The notes: generated by a model not told the origin, from the letters alone. 64,000 bases of DNA from an uncultured Spirochaetota bacterium (GCA_963781885.1 CAWAHW010000007.1:512001-576000); one strand, 5' to 3'. Counted from the stretch's first letter, positions 41,647 through 51,746 are shown. Made by a program: numbers and translations.

Positions 41647-42375
41647 ATGAAACGCTCCGCATTCCTCGTCCTGGCAGCCACGGCGATCTTCCTGTCCGGC
41701 TGCATGTATTTTCCCGTGGTGACGGGATCCGGCACGCCTGCAACGGCGGTCTACGGCGTGGGGGGCTTCTCCGGAATCCAGGCCTCGCAATCCTTCAAGG
41801 TGCGGGTCATCCCCGACGCGGCCTATTCGGTCAGCGTGACGTGCGACGACAACCTGACGGACTACCTCGTGGTCCAGACCAGCACCTCCGGCACACTGCG
41901 GCTTTCCCTCGCGCAGGGCTACAGCTACCAGCTCGTGACCCTCACGGCCATCGTGCACATGCCGGTCCTCACGCTGCTGGACGGATCGGGGGCGAGCAGC
42001 TTCGACGTCCGCGCGGGCTTCTCCTCGGCGCGGCCCCTGGCGATCTCCCTTTCCGGGGCAAGCACCGCGAATGTCGCCGGGCTGGTCTGCGGCGACCTGG
42101 GCGTCGATCTCTCCGGCGCAAGCACCGCGACCGTGACAGGCAGCCCGGCGACGGAGCGCCTCTCTGCGGACGGCGCGAGCAAGGCCGATCTCATGAACTG
42201 CACGGGCGCCGGCGCCGACGTCGCGCTGGACGGCGCGAGCGAGGCGTGGGTGAACGTCGGCGCCGGCGCCGTGTCGCTGCATGCAAGCGGCGCGTCGACC
42301 TTCTATTACGGCGGCGCTCCCTCCTTCACGACCTGCGACCTGTCGGGCGCCTCGCGCACGGTGAAGGTGCAATAG
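41647..42375 (+). CDS. DUF2807 / head-GIN-domain lipoprotein
   Basis: Lipobox LSGC, VTGSG, DDNL, repeated (L)SGAS units. Confidence 0.85.
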   Translation: MKRSAFLVLAATAIFLSGCMYFPVVTGSGTPATAVYGVGGFSGIQASQSFKVRVIPDAAYSVSVTCDDNLTDYLVVQTSTSGTLRLSLAQGYSYQLVTLTAIVHMPVLTLLDGSGASSFDVRAGFSSARPLAISLSGASTANVAGLVCGDLGVDLSGASTATVTGSPATERLSADGASKADLMNCTGAGADVALDGASEAWVNVGAGAVSLHASGASTFYYGGAPSFTTCDLSGASRTVKVQ

Positions 42376-42437
42376 CGGAAACCCGTCATAGAGACACACG
42401 CCTCCGGATTCTGTAGACTGCGGCGAACGGAGGCTTC

Positions 42438-44885
42438 ATGAACGCGATCGATCTCTCGGGCACCTGGCGCCTCATCCGCGCCACGACGGGTGAAGCGATT
42501 CCCGCCGCCGTGCCGGGAGAGACCCATTCGGCGCTCGTGGCGGCGGGAAAAATCCCGGATCCCTATCGGGGCCGCAACGAGCTCGACGTGCAATGGGTGG
42601 GCCGCGAGGACTGGATCTACGAGCGCGACCTGACCCTCGACGCCGCGTTCCTCGCGGAGGAGAGGGTCGTCCTTTCCTGCGACTGTCTCGACACCATCGC
42701 CGAAATCAGCGCGAACGGGAGGCTGCTGGGGAAAGCCGACAACATGTTCGTCCGCTGGCGTTTCGACGCGAAAGAGGCGCTCCGTCCGGGAAAGAACACC
42801 CTCCGCATCCGCTTCACCTCCGCGGAGAACGCCGCGCGGGACGCGGCGGAGAAGCTGCCGTACCCCGTTCCGCACATGAAGAACCCCGTCGATTCCCCCC
42901 ACCGCAATCTCGTGCGCAAGGTGCAATGCCACGCGGGCTGGGACTGGGGTCCGTGCCTCATGGTCGCGGGCATTGGCGGGAGGATCGAGCTGCAGGCTTT
43001 CTCCGACGTGCGGATCGACTACGTCGTCACGGAACAGACACACGGCAAGGGAGCCTGCACCGTGAAGGTGCTCGTCGACTGCGAGGCCGCGCACGACGGT
43101 GCGTCCGAGCTCGTCGTCCGTCTTGGCGACGAGGCAGCCCGGCGCAGCGTGAAGCTCACGCAGGGAAACAACCGCGTGGGGCTCTCCATCGCCGTGCGCG
43201 AGCCGCGCCTGTGGTGGCCGCACGGGTACGGTGAGGCTTTTCTTTACACGCTCACCGTGCGCTTGGGGGGACACAGCGTCACGAAAAGGATCGGGCTGCT
43301 GCGCATGGCGGTCGTGAACAGGAAGGACCGCGCCGGCGTCTCGATGAGCTTCCGCGTCAATGGGGTCGACATTTTCTGCAAGGGGGCAAACTGGATCCCC
43401 TCCGACGCCCTGCCCGCGCGGGAAAGCAGGGAGAGCCTCGCCCGACTCCTGGAAAGCGCCTCCTGGGCCAATATGAACATGCTGCGGGTCTGGGGCGGCG
43501 GACGCTACGAAAGCGACGATTTCTACGATTTGTGCGATGAGAAGGGCATCATGATCTGGCAGGACATGATGTTCGCCTGCGCCCTGTACCCCGCGACCCC
43601 CGGGTTTCTTTCCGGCGTCGAGCGCGAGATCCGCCACCAGGTCATGCGCCTCCGCGATCATCCCTGCATCGCCCTGTGGTGCGGCAACAATGAGAACATC
43701 GGCGCCCTCACCTGGTACCCGGAATCGCGCACGCACCGTGACCGCTATCTCGTCGACTACGATCGCCTGAACGAAGGGGTCATTGGCAGGACGGTCGATG
43801 AATATGATCCCACGCGGACCTTCTGGCCCAGCTCGCCGTCAGCCGGGCGCGGCGACTACTCCGACAACTGGCACGACGACAGCCGCGGCGACATGCACTA
43901 TTGGAGCGTCTGGCACGAGGGCAAGCCCTTCAGCGCGTACCATGAGGTGAGACCGCGTTTCTGCTCGGAGTTCGGCTTCCAGTCGTTCCCGTCCCTGGAG
44001 ACGGTCCGCACCTTCGCGACGGAGGAGGATTTCAACATCACTTCGCCGGTGATGGAGCATCACCAGAAAAACGCGCGCGGCAACTCCATTATCGTAGAGA
44101 TGTTCACGCGCTACTTCCGCATGCCGGAAAGCTTCGAGAGCGCGCTCTACCTGAGCCAGGTGCAGCAGGCCATGGCGATGAGCCTCGCGGTGGAGTACTG
44201 GCGGGGACTGCGCCCCGTCTGCATGGGAACGCTCTACTGGCAGCTCAACGACAACTGGCCCGTGGCGTCCTGGTCGTCCATCGAGTACGGCGGGGCGTGG
44301 AAGCTCCTGCACTACGCGGCGCGCCGATTCTTCGCGCCGGTGCTGCTCGCCGCGCACGTGAAGGACGGTCGTCTGCGCGTGCAGATCATCAACGACCTGC
44401 AGGAAGAGGCGCGCTGCCGCGCCACGGTGGCATTCATCGATTTCTCGGGAGCGGTGATTTCTCAGGAAGAGATCAAGGCCCGGCTACCGGCGGGAAGCGC
44501 ACGGACGATCAAGGAATATTCGCTTTCGGCATTCGCACCGTCAGCGGAGGCGGGTTTCGTTCAGCTCACGCTGGAGCATGAGGGCGAGGCATCGAGCAGC
44601 AGCCTCTTCCTCACCGAGCCCAAGCGCTGCCCGATGCAACGAGCCGCCGTCCGCGCCGAGCTTCGGGAGAAGAGGGAGGGTTTCTCCGTTCGTCTCAGCA
44701 CGGACGCGCCCGCATTCTTCGTGTCCTTGCACGTGCGCGATGTCCCGGGCACCTTCGACGACAACGGCTTCACGCTGCTGCCAGGCGCCCCGCGGGAGCT
44801 TCTCTTCACGCCCGCGGAGAAAAAGTCGCTCGATGTCGTGCGGAGCAACCTCAGCGTCATGCACCTGCGCGACACCTGGCGGTGA
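42438..44885 (+). CDS. GH2 beta-mannosidase
   Basis: GWDWGP, KGANWIP, NMLRVWGGG.YE, WQDMMFAC, WCGNNE, RFCSEFGFQS, LYWQLND.WP. Confidence 0.93.
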   Translation: MNAIDLSGTWRLIRATTGEAIPAAVPGETHSALVAAGKIPDPYRGRNELDVQWVGREDWIYERDLTLDAAFLAEERVVLSCDCLDTIAEISANGRLLGKADNMFVRWRFDAKEALRPGKNTLRIRFTSAENAARDAAEKLPYPVPHMKNPVDSPHRNLVRKVQCHAGWDWGPCLMVAGIGGRIELQAFSDVRIDYVVTEQTHGKGACTVKVLVDCEAAHDGASELVVRLGDEAARRSVKLTQGNNRVGLSIAVREPRLWWPHGYGEAFLYTLTVRLGGHSVTKRIGLLRMAVVNRKDRAGVSMSFRVNGVDIFCKGANWIPSDALPARESRESLARLLESASWANMNMLRVWGGGRYESDDFYDLCDEKGIMIWQDMMFACALYPATPGFLSGVEREIRHQVMRLRDHPCIALWCGNNENIGALTWYPESRTHRDRYLVDYDRLNEGVIGRTVDEYDPTRTFWPSSPSAGRGDYSDNWHDDSRGDMHYWSVWHEGKPFSAYHEVRPRFCSEFGFQSFPSLETVRTFATEEDFNITSPVMEHHQKNARGNSIIVEMFTRYFRMPESFESALYLSQVQQAMAMSLAVEYWRGLRPVCMGTLYWQLNDNWPVASWSSIEYGGAWKLLHYAARRFFAPVLLAAHVKDGRLRVQIINDLQEEARCRATVAFIDFSGAVISQEEIKARLPAGSARTIKEYSLSAFAPSAEAGFVQLTLEHEGEASSSSLFLTEPKRCPMQRAAVRAELREKREGFSVRLSTDAPAFFVSLHVRDVPGTFDDNGFTLLPGAPRELLFTPAEKKSLDVVRSNLSVMHLRDTWR

Positions 44886-44889
44886 ATCC

Positions 44890-44996
44890 GCGGCCACGGG
44901 CTCGCTTCCGTGCATCCAACTCCGCCAGGAGCGGAAGGCACTCGCTCGCCCTCGGCATCCTGCCTATGGTAATCCGTGGCATTCGGGCGGCCACGG
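44890..44996. repeat. REP/MITE-like composite palindromic repeat, long form, copy 2
   Basis: gcggccacgggctcgcttc...gcactcgctcgccctcggcatcctgccta.ggta..ccgtggcatt, matching 2059-2133; between convergent genes. Confidence 0.85.
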
Positions 44997-45012
44997 CCGT
45001 CGCGCGCCGCCT

Positions 45013-45831
45013 CTAGATGTACGCCTGCAGGAGGCGGCTGCGGGCCGGCTTCTGGAGCTGACGGATGGCGCGCTTTTCGATCTGGCGGATCCTCTCCTTC
45101 GTGAGCCGGTAACGGGCACCCAGCTCGCGGAGGGACAAGGCACGGCCCCCGTTGAGGCCGAACCGGGCGCGGATGATCTCCGCCTCCTTGCGTGCCATGG
45201 TGGCAAGGACCGCTTCGATGTCGTCGCGGAGCGCCTGGTTGATCACGCGCTCGTCGTGAGTCGGGGCATTCTTGTCCTCCACCGTGTCGCCGAACGGGGA
45301 GGCATCCTCGCCCATGCCAATCGGCGCGTCGAGGGAAATCGGCTCGCGCGCAATGGACAGAAGGCGTGCCGTGCCGGGGCTCAGCGTGTCGCCGGAAATG
45401 TTGCCGTTCTCCAGTTGCGCGAGCTCCGCCGCCTTGTTCACGGGGAGGCGTATCGTGCGCGCCTTCTTTCCGATCGCATTCAGGATGGACTGGCGGATCC
45501 ACCAGACGGCGTAGGAGATGAAGTGATACCCCTTGTCCACGTCGAAACGATCGATGGCGTTCAGGAGCCCGATATTTCCCTCGCTGATGAGGTCCTCCAG
45601 GGGGAGGCCCCGGTGCTGGTATTTTTTCGCGATGGCGACGACAAAACGCAGGTTGGCGCGGACCAGCTTCTCTTTCGCGATCTCGCTTCCCGCGGTTGCC
45701 TGGCGCGCAATGACCTCCTCTTCCTCCCGTGACAGGAGTGGGGTCTTGTTGATCTCTTTCAGGTACAGGAACAGGACGTTCTCTTCCTTTTCCGACTTCC
45801 TGTCCCGGGTTGCCGATGATGATCCGTTCAT
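45013..45831 (-). CDS. alternative sigma-70 factor (RpoD/RpoS-like, no region 1.1)
   Basis: YLKEI..TPLL, ANLRFVV.IAKKY, DLISEGNIGL, FISYAVWWIRQSI, LTKERIRQIE; GGAGG RBS. Confidence 0.93.
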   Translation of the reverse strand: MNGSSSATRDRKSEKEENVLFLYLKEINKTPLLSREEEEVIARQATAGSEIAKEKLVRANLRFVVAIAKKYQHRGLPLEDLISEGNIGLLNAIDRFDVDKGYHFISYAVWWIRQSILNAIGKKARTIRLPVNKAAELAQLENGNISGDTLSPGTARLLSIAREPISLDAPIGMGEDASPFGDTVEDKNAPTHDERVINQALRDDIEAVLATMARKEAEIIRARFGLNGGRALSLRELGARYRLTKERIRQIEKRAIRQLQKPARSRLLQAYI

Positions 45832-45890
45832 GCCAGCCTCCACATCCACAAGTTTCACAGTGAATGTAATGACGGGGCTCGCATTGCTCC

Positions 45891-45916
45891 ATTAAGGTCA
45901 AGTTAATGTTCGTTAA
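45891..45916 (-). promoter_or_regulatory. putative operator TTAAC-gaaca-TTAAC-ttgacc-TTAAT
   Basis: 15-mer identical to 5762-5776, plus a third half-site, upstream of the sigma gene. Confidence 0.6.
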
Positions 45917-45945
45917 AGAAAGCGACGCGGGACGATAATTAATTG

Positions 45946-46677
45946 TTATTTTGCTGCGCGCTTCCAGAAGGCATCGAACATCCAACGCCCGACTCCCCAC
46001 GCCAGGGCGATGCCGGCAATTTCATCTGCAATGTAGTGCTGCTTCACGAACAGCGTGGAGAGCACGACGCCGACCGCCACGACGAGCATTCCGATGGCGA
46101 TGCCGCGCGTGAGTCGCGAAGGCCGAAGGCGCGCATACCGAAACCAGGCATAGAAGCAGATCGTCGCCACCGCGGCGTGGAGGCTGGGGAAGCAATCGAA
46201 GGATGGATCGCCCTTGAAGTGATCGTACATCGCCTGGGCGAAGAAATTGCCCACCAGGGGATGGGCAAGCAGCGCCTGGCGGTAAATGTCGGTGGTGACG
46301 GGAAAAACGGCATAGACGATATCCGCCACGAGGTTGATGAGAATGAGCGACAGCGCGAGCGGATAGGCGCGCGTGTAGTTGACGAACGCAAAGTACGCCA
46401 TGGTGACGGCCGACAGGGGATAAAAAAGGTAGAGGTAGAAGATGGCCCACGCCGGTGCAAAGGGGATGATCCTGTCCAGGGGGGTGTCCAGGTGGAACCC
46501 CGTTGCGTAGAGGCTGCCCGTCCAGTTGTAGACGATGGTGTTGAGCAGCACATAGAAGACGACGAGGATCAGGAAGGCGTTTGCCGCGATGTAGGACACC
46601 GCGGTGCTCGCCGCCGTGCTCTTCCCGCGGAAGAAGACCTTTTCAACCAATCTCTGGTAGGACGCGTGGACGTGCAT
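45946..46677 (-). CDS. PAP2-superfamily membrane protein (IPC-synthase/AUR1-like)
   Basis: LDRIIPF.P, CFPSLH, STLFVKQHYIAD. Confidence 0.85.
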   Translation of the reverse strand: MHVHASYQRLVEKVFFRGKSTAASTAVSYIAANAFLILVVFYVLLNTIVYNWTGSLYATGFHLDTPLDRIIPFAPAWAIFYLYLFYPLSAVTMAYFAFVNYTRAYPLALSLILINLVADIVYAVFPVTTDIYRQALLAHPLVGNFFAQAMYDHFKGDPSFDCFPSLHAAVATICFYAWFRYARLRPSRLTRGIAIGMLVVAVGVVLSTLFVKQHYIADEIAGIALAWGVGRWMFDAFWKRAAK

Positions 46678-46686
46678 GACGCCTCC

Positions 46687-47499
46687 TCAGCCTGCGGGCT
46701 TCTTCTGGTTTCCCAGCCGCACGGCAATGCAATCGTAGAACAGGCGGTCGGGAAGATAGGAGGAGACCGATCGCGTGATGATCCGGTAGCCCGCCTTGTC
46801 GAATGGCGCCCGCGCGGCCAGGAGCGCACCCATGTCGGGTGCGTTTTCCATCTGGGCGATCAGCGCGGCATCCTGCGCGAGCACGATCGGCTTCGCGCCT
46901 GGCTGCGTCACCACCGACAGGGGCACGAGGTCGAGCGCTGCCAAGACATCGGCGGGCAGGGACTCGGCAAGCTCGGAGACCGCCTGCTTGGCCTCCAGCT
47001 GGATCATGCGCGCCTTGGCGTCAGGGATGGCGCTCTCCACGGCGGCCGTGAGAAGGTCGATGAGCCGGTGACGGACCTCGCCGAGGTCCCGGGCGCTGGA
47101 CAGCTCGCCGAGGGCGGGATTTTTCTTGATCGCCTTGGCAAGGCCCGAGATCTCGCGGAGGTAGGTGTTCTTCTGCGAGTCGGGGATGTAGTGCATGACG
47201 ACGATGCGCACCGGCATATCGTCCGGCGCGCCGTACGCGATGCCCGTCGGGCTCCATCCGATCGCGCAGAATAGCTCCCCGTCGCCCGTCACCCTTCCGT
47301 GCGGACAGGCCCAGCCGTGACCGATGCCCGTGTTGGCGGCGTTTTCCCGGTTCATCACGGCGGCGTTGAAGTCCAGGCCGGCCCTGAAATCGGGTATCGC
47401 CTCGATCAGCGTGCCCAGGTACTGCAGGCTCTTTTCCTTGTCGGCCTCGGGAAGCTCGATGAGCCGCCCCTCCTGCAGGGCATCCAAAAGGCTTTTCAT
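46687..47499 (-). CDS. PTS EIIA (Ntr/fructose-type) domain protein with a C-terminal extension
   Basis: RE...NTGIGHGWACPH phospho-His motif; GGAGG RBS before MKSLLDAL. Confidence 0.82.
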   Translation of the reverse strand: MKSLLDALQEGRLIELPEADKEKSLQYLGTLIEAIPDFRAGLDFNAAVMNRENAANTGIGHGWACPHGRVTGDGELFCAIGWSPTGIAYGAPDDMPVRIVVMHYIPDSQKNTYLREISGLAKAIKKNPALGELSSARDLGEVRHRLIDLLTAAVESAIPDAKARMIQLEAKQAVSELAESLPADVLAALDLVPLSVVTQPGAKPIVLAQDAALIAQMENAPDMGALLAARAPFDKAGYRIITRSVSSYLPDRLFYDCIAVRLGNQKKPAG

Positions 47500-47596
47500 G
47501 CGCGTCCCTCCGATGGCCTGCCCCGTGCAAGCCCGCTGCATTCCTTCCCATCCGGGAAGCGCCGTGCCGCACACGGGATGACGCCCCGGCTCGTCA

Positions 47597-50209
47597 TCAA
47601 TCGACCCCGAACTTTTTGAAGAACCAGGTCTTTACGAGGTGGGTGAACGCGCAATACACGACGAGGAAACCCGCGATCCACGCCCAGTAGATTGCCGGCA
47701 GGGGAACGAAGCCGAGCAGATTCGCCAGCGGCGGGATGTATGGCAGGGCGATGCCGATGGCCATGACAAGGAGCGTGAAGAAGAGCATGACCGGGCTTGC
47801 CCGGCTCTGGATGAAGGGTATCTTTCGCGTGCGGATCACGTGCACGATGAGCGTCTGGGTGAGGATGGATTCCACGAACCATCCCGTGTGGAACAGGGAT
47901 TCGTCGTACGCCTTCATGGCCGGGCTGGCGCCCGCGGCGGTGAAGGCAATGCAGCCGAAGAAATAGAGCATCAGGAAGTACGTGGCGTAGTCGAATATCG
48001 AGCTCATGGGACCGATGAAGTACATGAATCGACGGATGTTGCCGATGTTCCATTTCCTGGGCTTCGTCGTGAACTCGGGGTCCACGCGGTCCGAGGGTAT
48101 GCCGATTTGGGACACGTCGTAGAGCATGTTGTTCGTGAGGACCTGGATGGGAAGCATGGGCAGGAAGGGCAGGAAGAGGCTCCCCCCCAGCACGCTGAAC
48201 ATGTTGCCGAAATTGGAGCTCGCCCCCATGCGGATGTACTTGATGATGTTCCCGAAGACCTTGCGGCCTTCGATGATGCCGTCGTCCAGGACGAGGAGGC
48301 TCTTTTCCAGCAGAACGATGTCCGCCGCTTCCTTGGCGACGTCCACGGCGGTGTCCACGGAAATTCCCACGTCCGCCTTCTTGAGGGCGGGGGCGTCGTT
48401 GATGCCATCCCCCATGAACCCCACGACGTGGCCGTGGCTCTGGAGCGCGTGGATGACCTGCTCCTTCTGCGTGGGGGAAAGGCGCGCGAGGACCGTGGCC
48501 TTCTCCGCGGCCTCCACGAGCTGCTCCGGGGTGAGGCCCTGGAGCTGCGGGCCCGTCACAAGGTGCTCCACGTCGATGCCGACGTCCTTGCAGACCTTGC
48601 GGGTGACAAGATCGTTGTCGCCGGTGAGGATTTTCACCGCAATGCCCGCGTCCTTCAGGGCCTTCAGGGATTGCGCCGTTGTCTCCTTGGGTGGATCGAA
48701 GAACGCGATATAGCCCAGCAGGATCATGTCGCTTTCGTCCGCGGCGGAGAATGTCGTCTTCTCCCGGGTGAACTCCCGGTAGCCGATGGCGAGCACCCGG
48801 TAGCCGTCCGCGCTCAACGCCTCATAGTCCTCCAGCACGTCCTGGCGGATCATGTCGATGAGGGGGAGCACGTCGTCCTCCACCTGGTAGGAGGAGCAGA
48901 CCTTGAACACGTCTTCCACGGCGCCCTTGCAGATGAGGACGTTTTCTCCTTCGTACTCCACGACCACCGACATGCGCTTGCGCGTGAAGTCGAAGGGTAT
49001 CTCGTCCACCTTCTTGCACCGGCGCTCCACCTCGAACTCGCCGTGCGCGAGCACCGCCCTGTCCAGCAGATTGCGCAGGCCCGTCTGGTAGAAGCTGTTC
49101 ATGTACGCGTAGCGCAGGACCTCGTCGCTCTGCTTGCCCGAGACGTCGACGTATTTTTCCAGGATGACCCGATCCTGGGTGAGGGTGCCGGTCTTGTCTG
49201 TGCACAGCACGTCAATGGCGCCGAAGTTCTGGATGGAGTTGAGACGCTTGACGATGACCTTTTTCTTGGACATCGCCAGGGCGCCCTTGGCGAGGTTCAC
49301 CGTCACGATCATGGGGAGCATTTCCGGGGTAAGCCCCACGGCCACGGCCAGGCCGAAGAGGAGGGCGTCCATCCAGTTGTGCTTCGTGATGCCGATGATG
49401 AGGAACACGATGGCCACCATGACCACCATGAACTGGATCATGAGCCACGTGAACCCCGAGATGCCCTTGTCGAAGCTCGTCTTCGAGCGCTGGCCGGCGA
49501 GCTTGCGCGTGATCGTGCCGAAATAGGTGCGGGCCCCGGTGTTGACCACGACGCCCCGCGCGGTTCCCGAGAGCACGTTCGTTCCCTGGAAACAGGCGTT
49601 GGGAAGCTCCAGCGCCGCCTTCATGCCCGCGGGAGCCGTCGTGGTCTTCTCCACCGGCATGGACTCCCCGGTGAGCGCGCTCTGGCTCACGAAAAAATCC
49701 TTGGTGGCCACCAAGCGCAGGTCCGCGGGCACCAGGGAGCCGGCGTCCAGAACGACGATGTCGCCGGGCACGATCTGGGCAAGCGGAATCTCGGACTCCT
49801 TGCCGTCGCGCATGACGTTCACCGTCGTGCGGACCATGGCCTGGAGCTGCTCCACGGCCCGGCCCGACCTCTCCTCCTGGAGGGAAGAGAGCCCCACGCT
49901 GATGAGCACCATGCCCCCGACGACGATGGTGGAGCGCAGGTCGCCCATGATGAAGGACACCCCGGCGATGATCAGAAGCTGGATGACCAGGGGATTTGCA
50001 AATCTGTGATAGGTGCGGAGGAGCAGGCCCCCCTGCTTCGTGATCACTTCGTTCGGGCCGAACTCCCGAAGCTTGTCTTCCGCCTCTTCACTCGACAACC
50101 CCGCATCGCGGGTCGTCATGCGGCCAAGGCATTCCTCCGCGGAAAGCCCGCAGGCCTCCAGCAGAACCCTCTCCTGATCCGTTGTCACGGTTTCGGCGGG
50201 TTTTCGCAT
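47597..50209 (-). CDS. mgtA: Mg2+-translocating P-type ATPase (type IIIB)
   Basis: LTGES, GLTPEMLP, DKTGTLT, GDGINDAPAL, ASSNFGNMFS, HTGWFVES. Confidence 0.95.
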   Translation of the reverse strand: MRKPAETVTTDQERVLLEACGLSAEECLGRMTTRDAGLSSEEAEDKLREFGPNEVITKQGGLLLRTYHRFANPLVIQLLIIAGVSFIMGDLRSTIVVGGMVLISVGLSSLQEERSGRAVEQLQAMVRTTVNVMRDGKESEIPLAQIVPGDIVVLDAGSLVPADLRLVATKDFFVSQSALTGESMPVEKTTTAPAGMKAALELPNACFQGTNVLSGTARGVVVNTGARTYFGTITRKLAGQRSKTSFDKGISGFTWLMIQFMVVMVAIVFLIIGITKHNWMDALLFGLAVAVGLTPEMLPMIVTVNLAKGALAMSKKKVIVKRLNSIQNFGAIDVLCTDKTGTLTQDRVILEKYVDVSGKQSDEVLRYAYMNSFYQTGLRNLLDRAVLAHGEFEVERRCKKVDEIPFDFTRKRMSVVVEYEGENVLICKGAVEDVFKVCSSYQVEDDVLPLIDMIRQDVLEDYEALSADGYRVLAIGYREFTREKTTFSAADESDMILLGYIAFFDPPKETTAQSLKALKDAGIAVKILTGDNDLVTRKVCKDVGIDVEHLVTGPQLQGLTPEQLVEAAEKATVLARLSPTQKEQVIHALQSHGHVVGFMGDGINDAPALKKADVGISVDTAVDVAKEAADIVLLEKSLLVLDDGIIEGRKVFGNIIKYIRMGASSNFGNMFSVLGGSLFLPFLPMLPIQVLTNNMLYDVSQIGIPSDRVDPEFTTKPRKWNIGNIRRFMYFIGPMSSIFDYATYFLMLYFFGCIAFTAAGASPAMKAYDESLFHTGWFVESILTQTLIVHVIRTRKIPFIQSRASPVMLFFTLLVMAIGIALPYIPPLANLLGFVPLPAIYWAWIAGFLVVYCAFTHLVKTWFFKKFGVD

Positions 50210-50265
50210 GGGTTATCTCTACTCCCCGAATGGGGGAGAGTCAAGTGAAGACGCATAAAAACCCG

Positions 50266-50303
50266 AAAAAATCCCTCCAAGATCAGCGCACGGGATGGGA
50301 GGG
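50266..50303 (-). terminator. candidate attenuator terminator in the mgtA leader
   Basis: CCCTCC...GGAGGG stem followed by aTTTTTT on the minus strand, about 55 nt before the mgtA start. Confidence 0.55.
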
Positions 50304-50381
50304 GGACCCCCGCTGGTTTCGATCTGCCGAAACAAACCGTATCGCGCGTACGCGCACGGAAGATGCGTTAGTGGGCTCCAT
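50283..50381 (-). CDS. candidate mgtA leader peptide, 32 aa (MEPTNASSVRVRAIRFVSADRNQRGSPSHPVR)
   Basis: ATG with a weak AAGG SD; the stop codon lies inside the terminator hairpin. Confidence 0.35.
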   Translation of the reverse strand: MEPTNASSVRVRAIRFVSADRNQRGSPSHPVR

Positions 50382-50406
50382 GAGCGGACCTTGCGCGGCG
50401 GCAGTG

Positions 50407-51708
50407 CTATGAATCGGGGATCGTTTCCGGCGCGACGCGCAGCTCGTGCAGATCGAGGCCGATCGGTCGGGGCGCGTCGGCGCGCCGGCGGGGGGCGAGC
50501 TTCCACTCGGGGCTGTCCAGGTGATCGCGCGTGCGGAAGTACCGCGCTTTCGCTTCAAGCGCGCTGGGGCTTTCGATGGTGACCTGGCGGAACTGGAACG
50601 AAAGGTTCGAGTCGTCGGTGAGGAGGTCCTTCACGCTGTCCACCTGCGCGGCGGAGACCCCTGCCATGCCGAGTATCTCCCCGATGCCCAGCGGCAGGTT
50701 GCACGGCTTCGTGCCCGCAAGGGATATCCTCTCCTCCAGGAGCTTGTTCTCCAGCAGCACGTAGACGCGCGTCACGGGGTTTTCATAGACCCGCGCGCGC
50801 AGCCGGATGAATGTGAACCATAGCCGCTGGCTCAGGGTGACGAGGATCTTGCCGACGGTCGCGGGGGACTTCTGGAAGATTGTGGCAAGCGATGCACGGG
50901 ACACCGGCAGCAGCAGGCTCTCGCCGGTGCTGATGGCCGCCGCGCTGCGGGGCGCGCTGGAGATGATGGCGAGCTCGCCGAATATGTCCCCCTCCCGCAG
51001 GATGGAGAGCAGGACCTCCTCCGGCGGCGTGACCTTCAGGATCTCCACCTTCCCCGACTTGATGACGAAAAGCTCGTCGCCGGGCTCGTGCTCGCAGAAG
51101 ATCATCTGCCCGTCGTCGAAGACGCGGCAGAGGCCCTTCTGCCGGACCGGCACCGGCGTCACGCCCTTTGCTTTCGCCGCTGCGAGCATCTTCGCCGCGT
51201 CGGCGGCGTGCATGCCTTTGGGAAACCGGGCGGCGTAGGCCTGGAGGGCGTGCACGGCGTAGATCATCCGGCCCTTGTCGGCGAAATAGCGGGCCTGGGC
51301 AAAGAGGTGGCCTTCATCATCGGCGGCGTTCGCCTCATCGGAGGGGGAGGTCATGGCGTCGTCGTAGGCGCGCAGCTCCTGCGCGAAGTAGGAGATGATC
51401 CTGCCCGCCAGCTCGGGGTTGGACTGCACCGACTCGAGAAACCGGTCGCGCCCCAGCACGGCGCAGGTGCAGTCGGTGCGCGCGATTGCCGTTTCCATGC
51501 GCGGCCGCCGACAGAGGCACGACGTGAAACCGAATATGTCGCCCGGGCCCAGGATGCTCCTGAACCGGGGGATGCCGGGTGTGCCGGACAGGGCGACCTC
51601 GCCCGTCTCGACGATATAGACCTCGTCGCTCTCCTCGTCCGATTCGATGTAGAAAAGCGCGTCCTTATGGAAGCTTTTCGTCCCTGCGTCGCCCATGATT
51701 GTCCCCAT
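50407..51708 (-). CDS. tandem cNMP-binding-domain (Crp-like) protein
   Basis: Two cNMP folds (GDIFG...PRMETA; GDIFGELAI...PRSAAA) linked by a TPR-like segment. Confidence 0.85.
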   Translation of the reverse strand: MGTIMGDAGTKSFHKDALFYIESDEESDEVYIVETGEVALSGTPGIPRFRSILGPGDIFGFTSCLCRRPRMETAIARTDCTCAVLGRDRFLESVQSNPELAGRIISYFAQELRAYDDAMTSPSDEANAADDEGHLFAQARYFADKGRMIYAVHALQAYAARFPKGMHAADAAKMLAAAKAKGVTPVPVRQKGLCRVFDDGQMIFCEHEPGDELFVIKSGKVEILKVTPPEEVLLSILREGDIFGELAIISSAPRSAAAISTGESLLLPVSRASLATIFQKSPATVGKILVTLSQRLWFTFIRLRARVYENPVTRVYVLLENKLLEERISLAGTKPCNLPLGIGEILGMAGVSAAQVDSVKDLLTDDSNLSFQFRQVTIESPSALEAKARYFRTRDHLDSPEWKLAPRRRADAPRPIGLDLHELRVAPETIPDS

Positions 51709-51746
51709 GAAGAGTGTAGGCGACCCGTCTTGTGCTGTCAAATCGC

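Noticed and set aside
47639-50248. 869-aa plus-strand ORF
   Set aside because: Antisense shadow of mgtA.
50210-50400. M-box (ykoK) riboswitch upstream of mgtA
   Set aside because: No M-box consensus recognisable by eye. Reported as a candidate attenuator instead; an Rfam search is needed.
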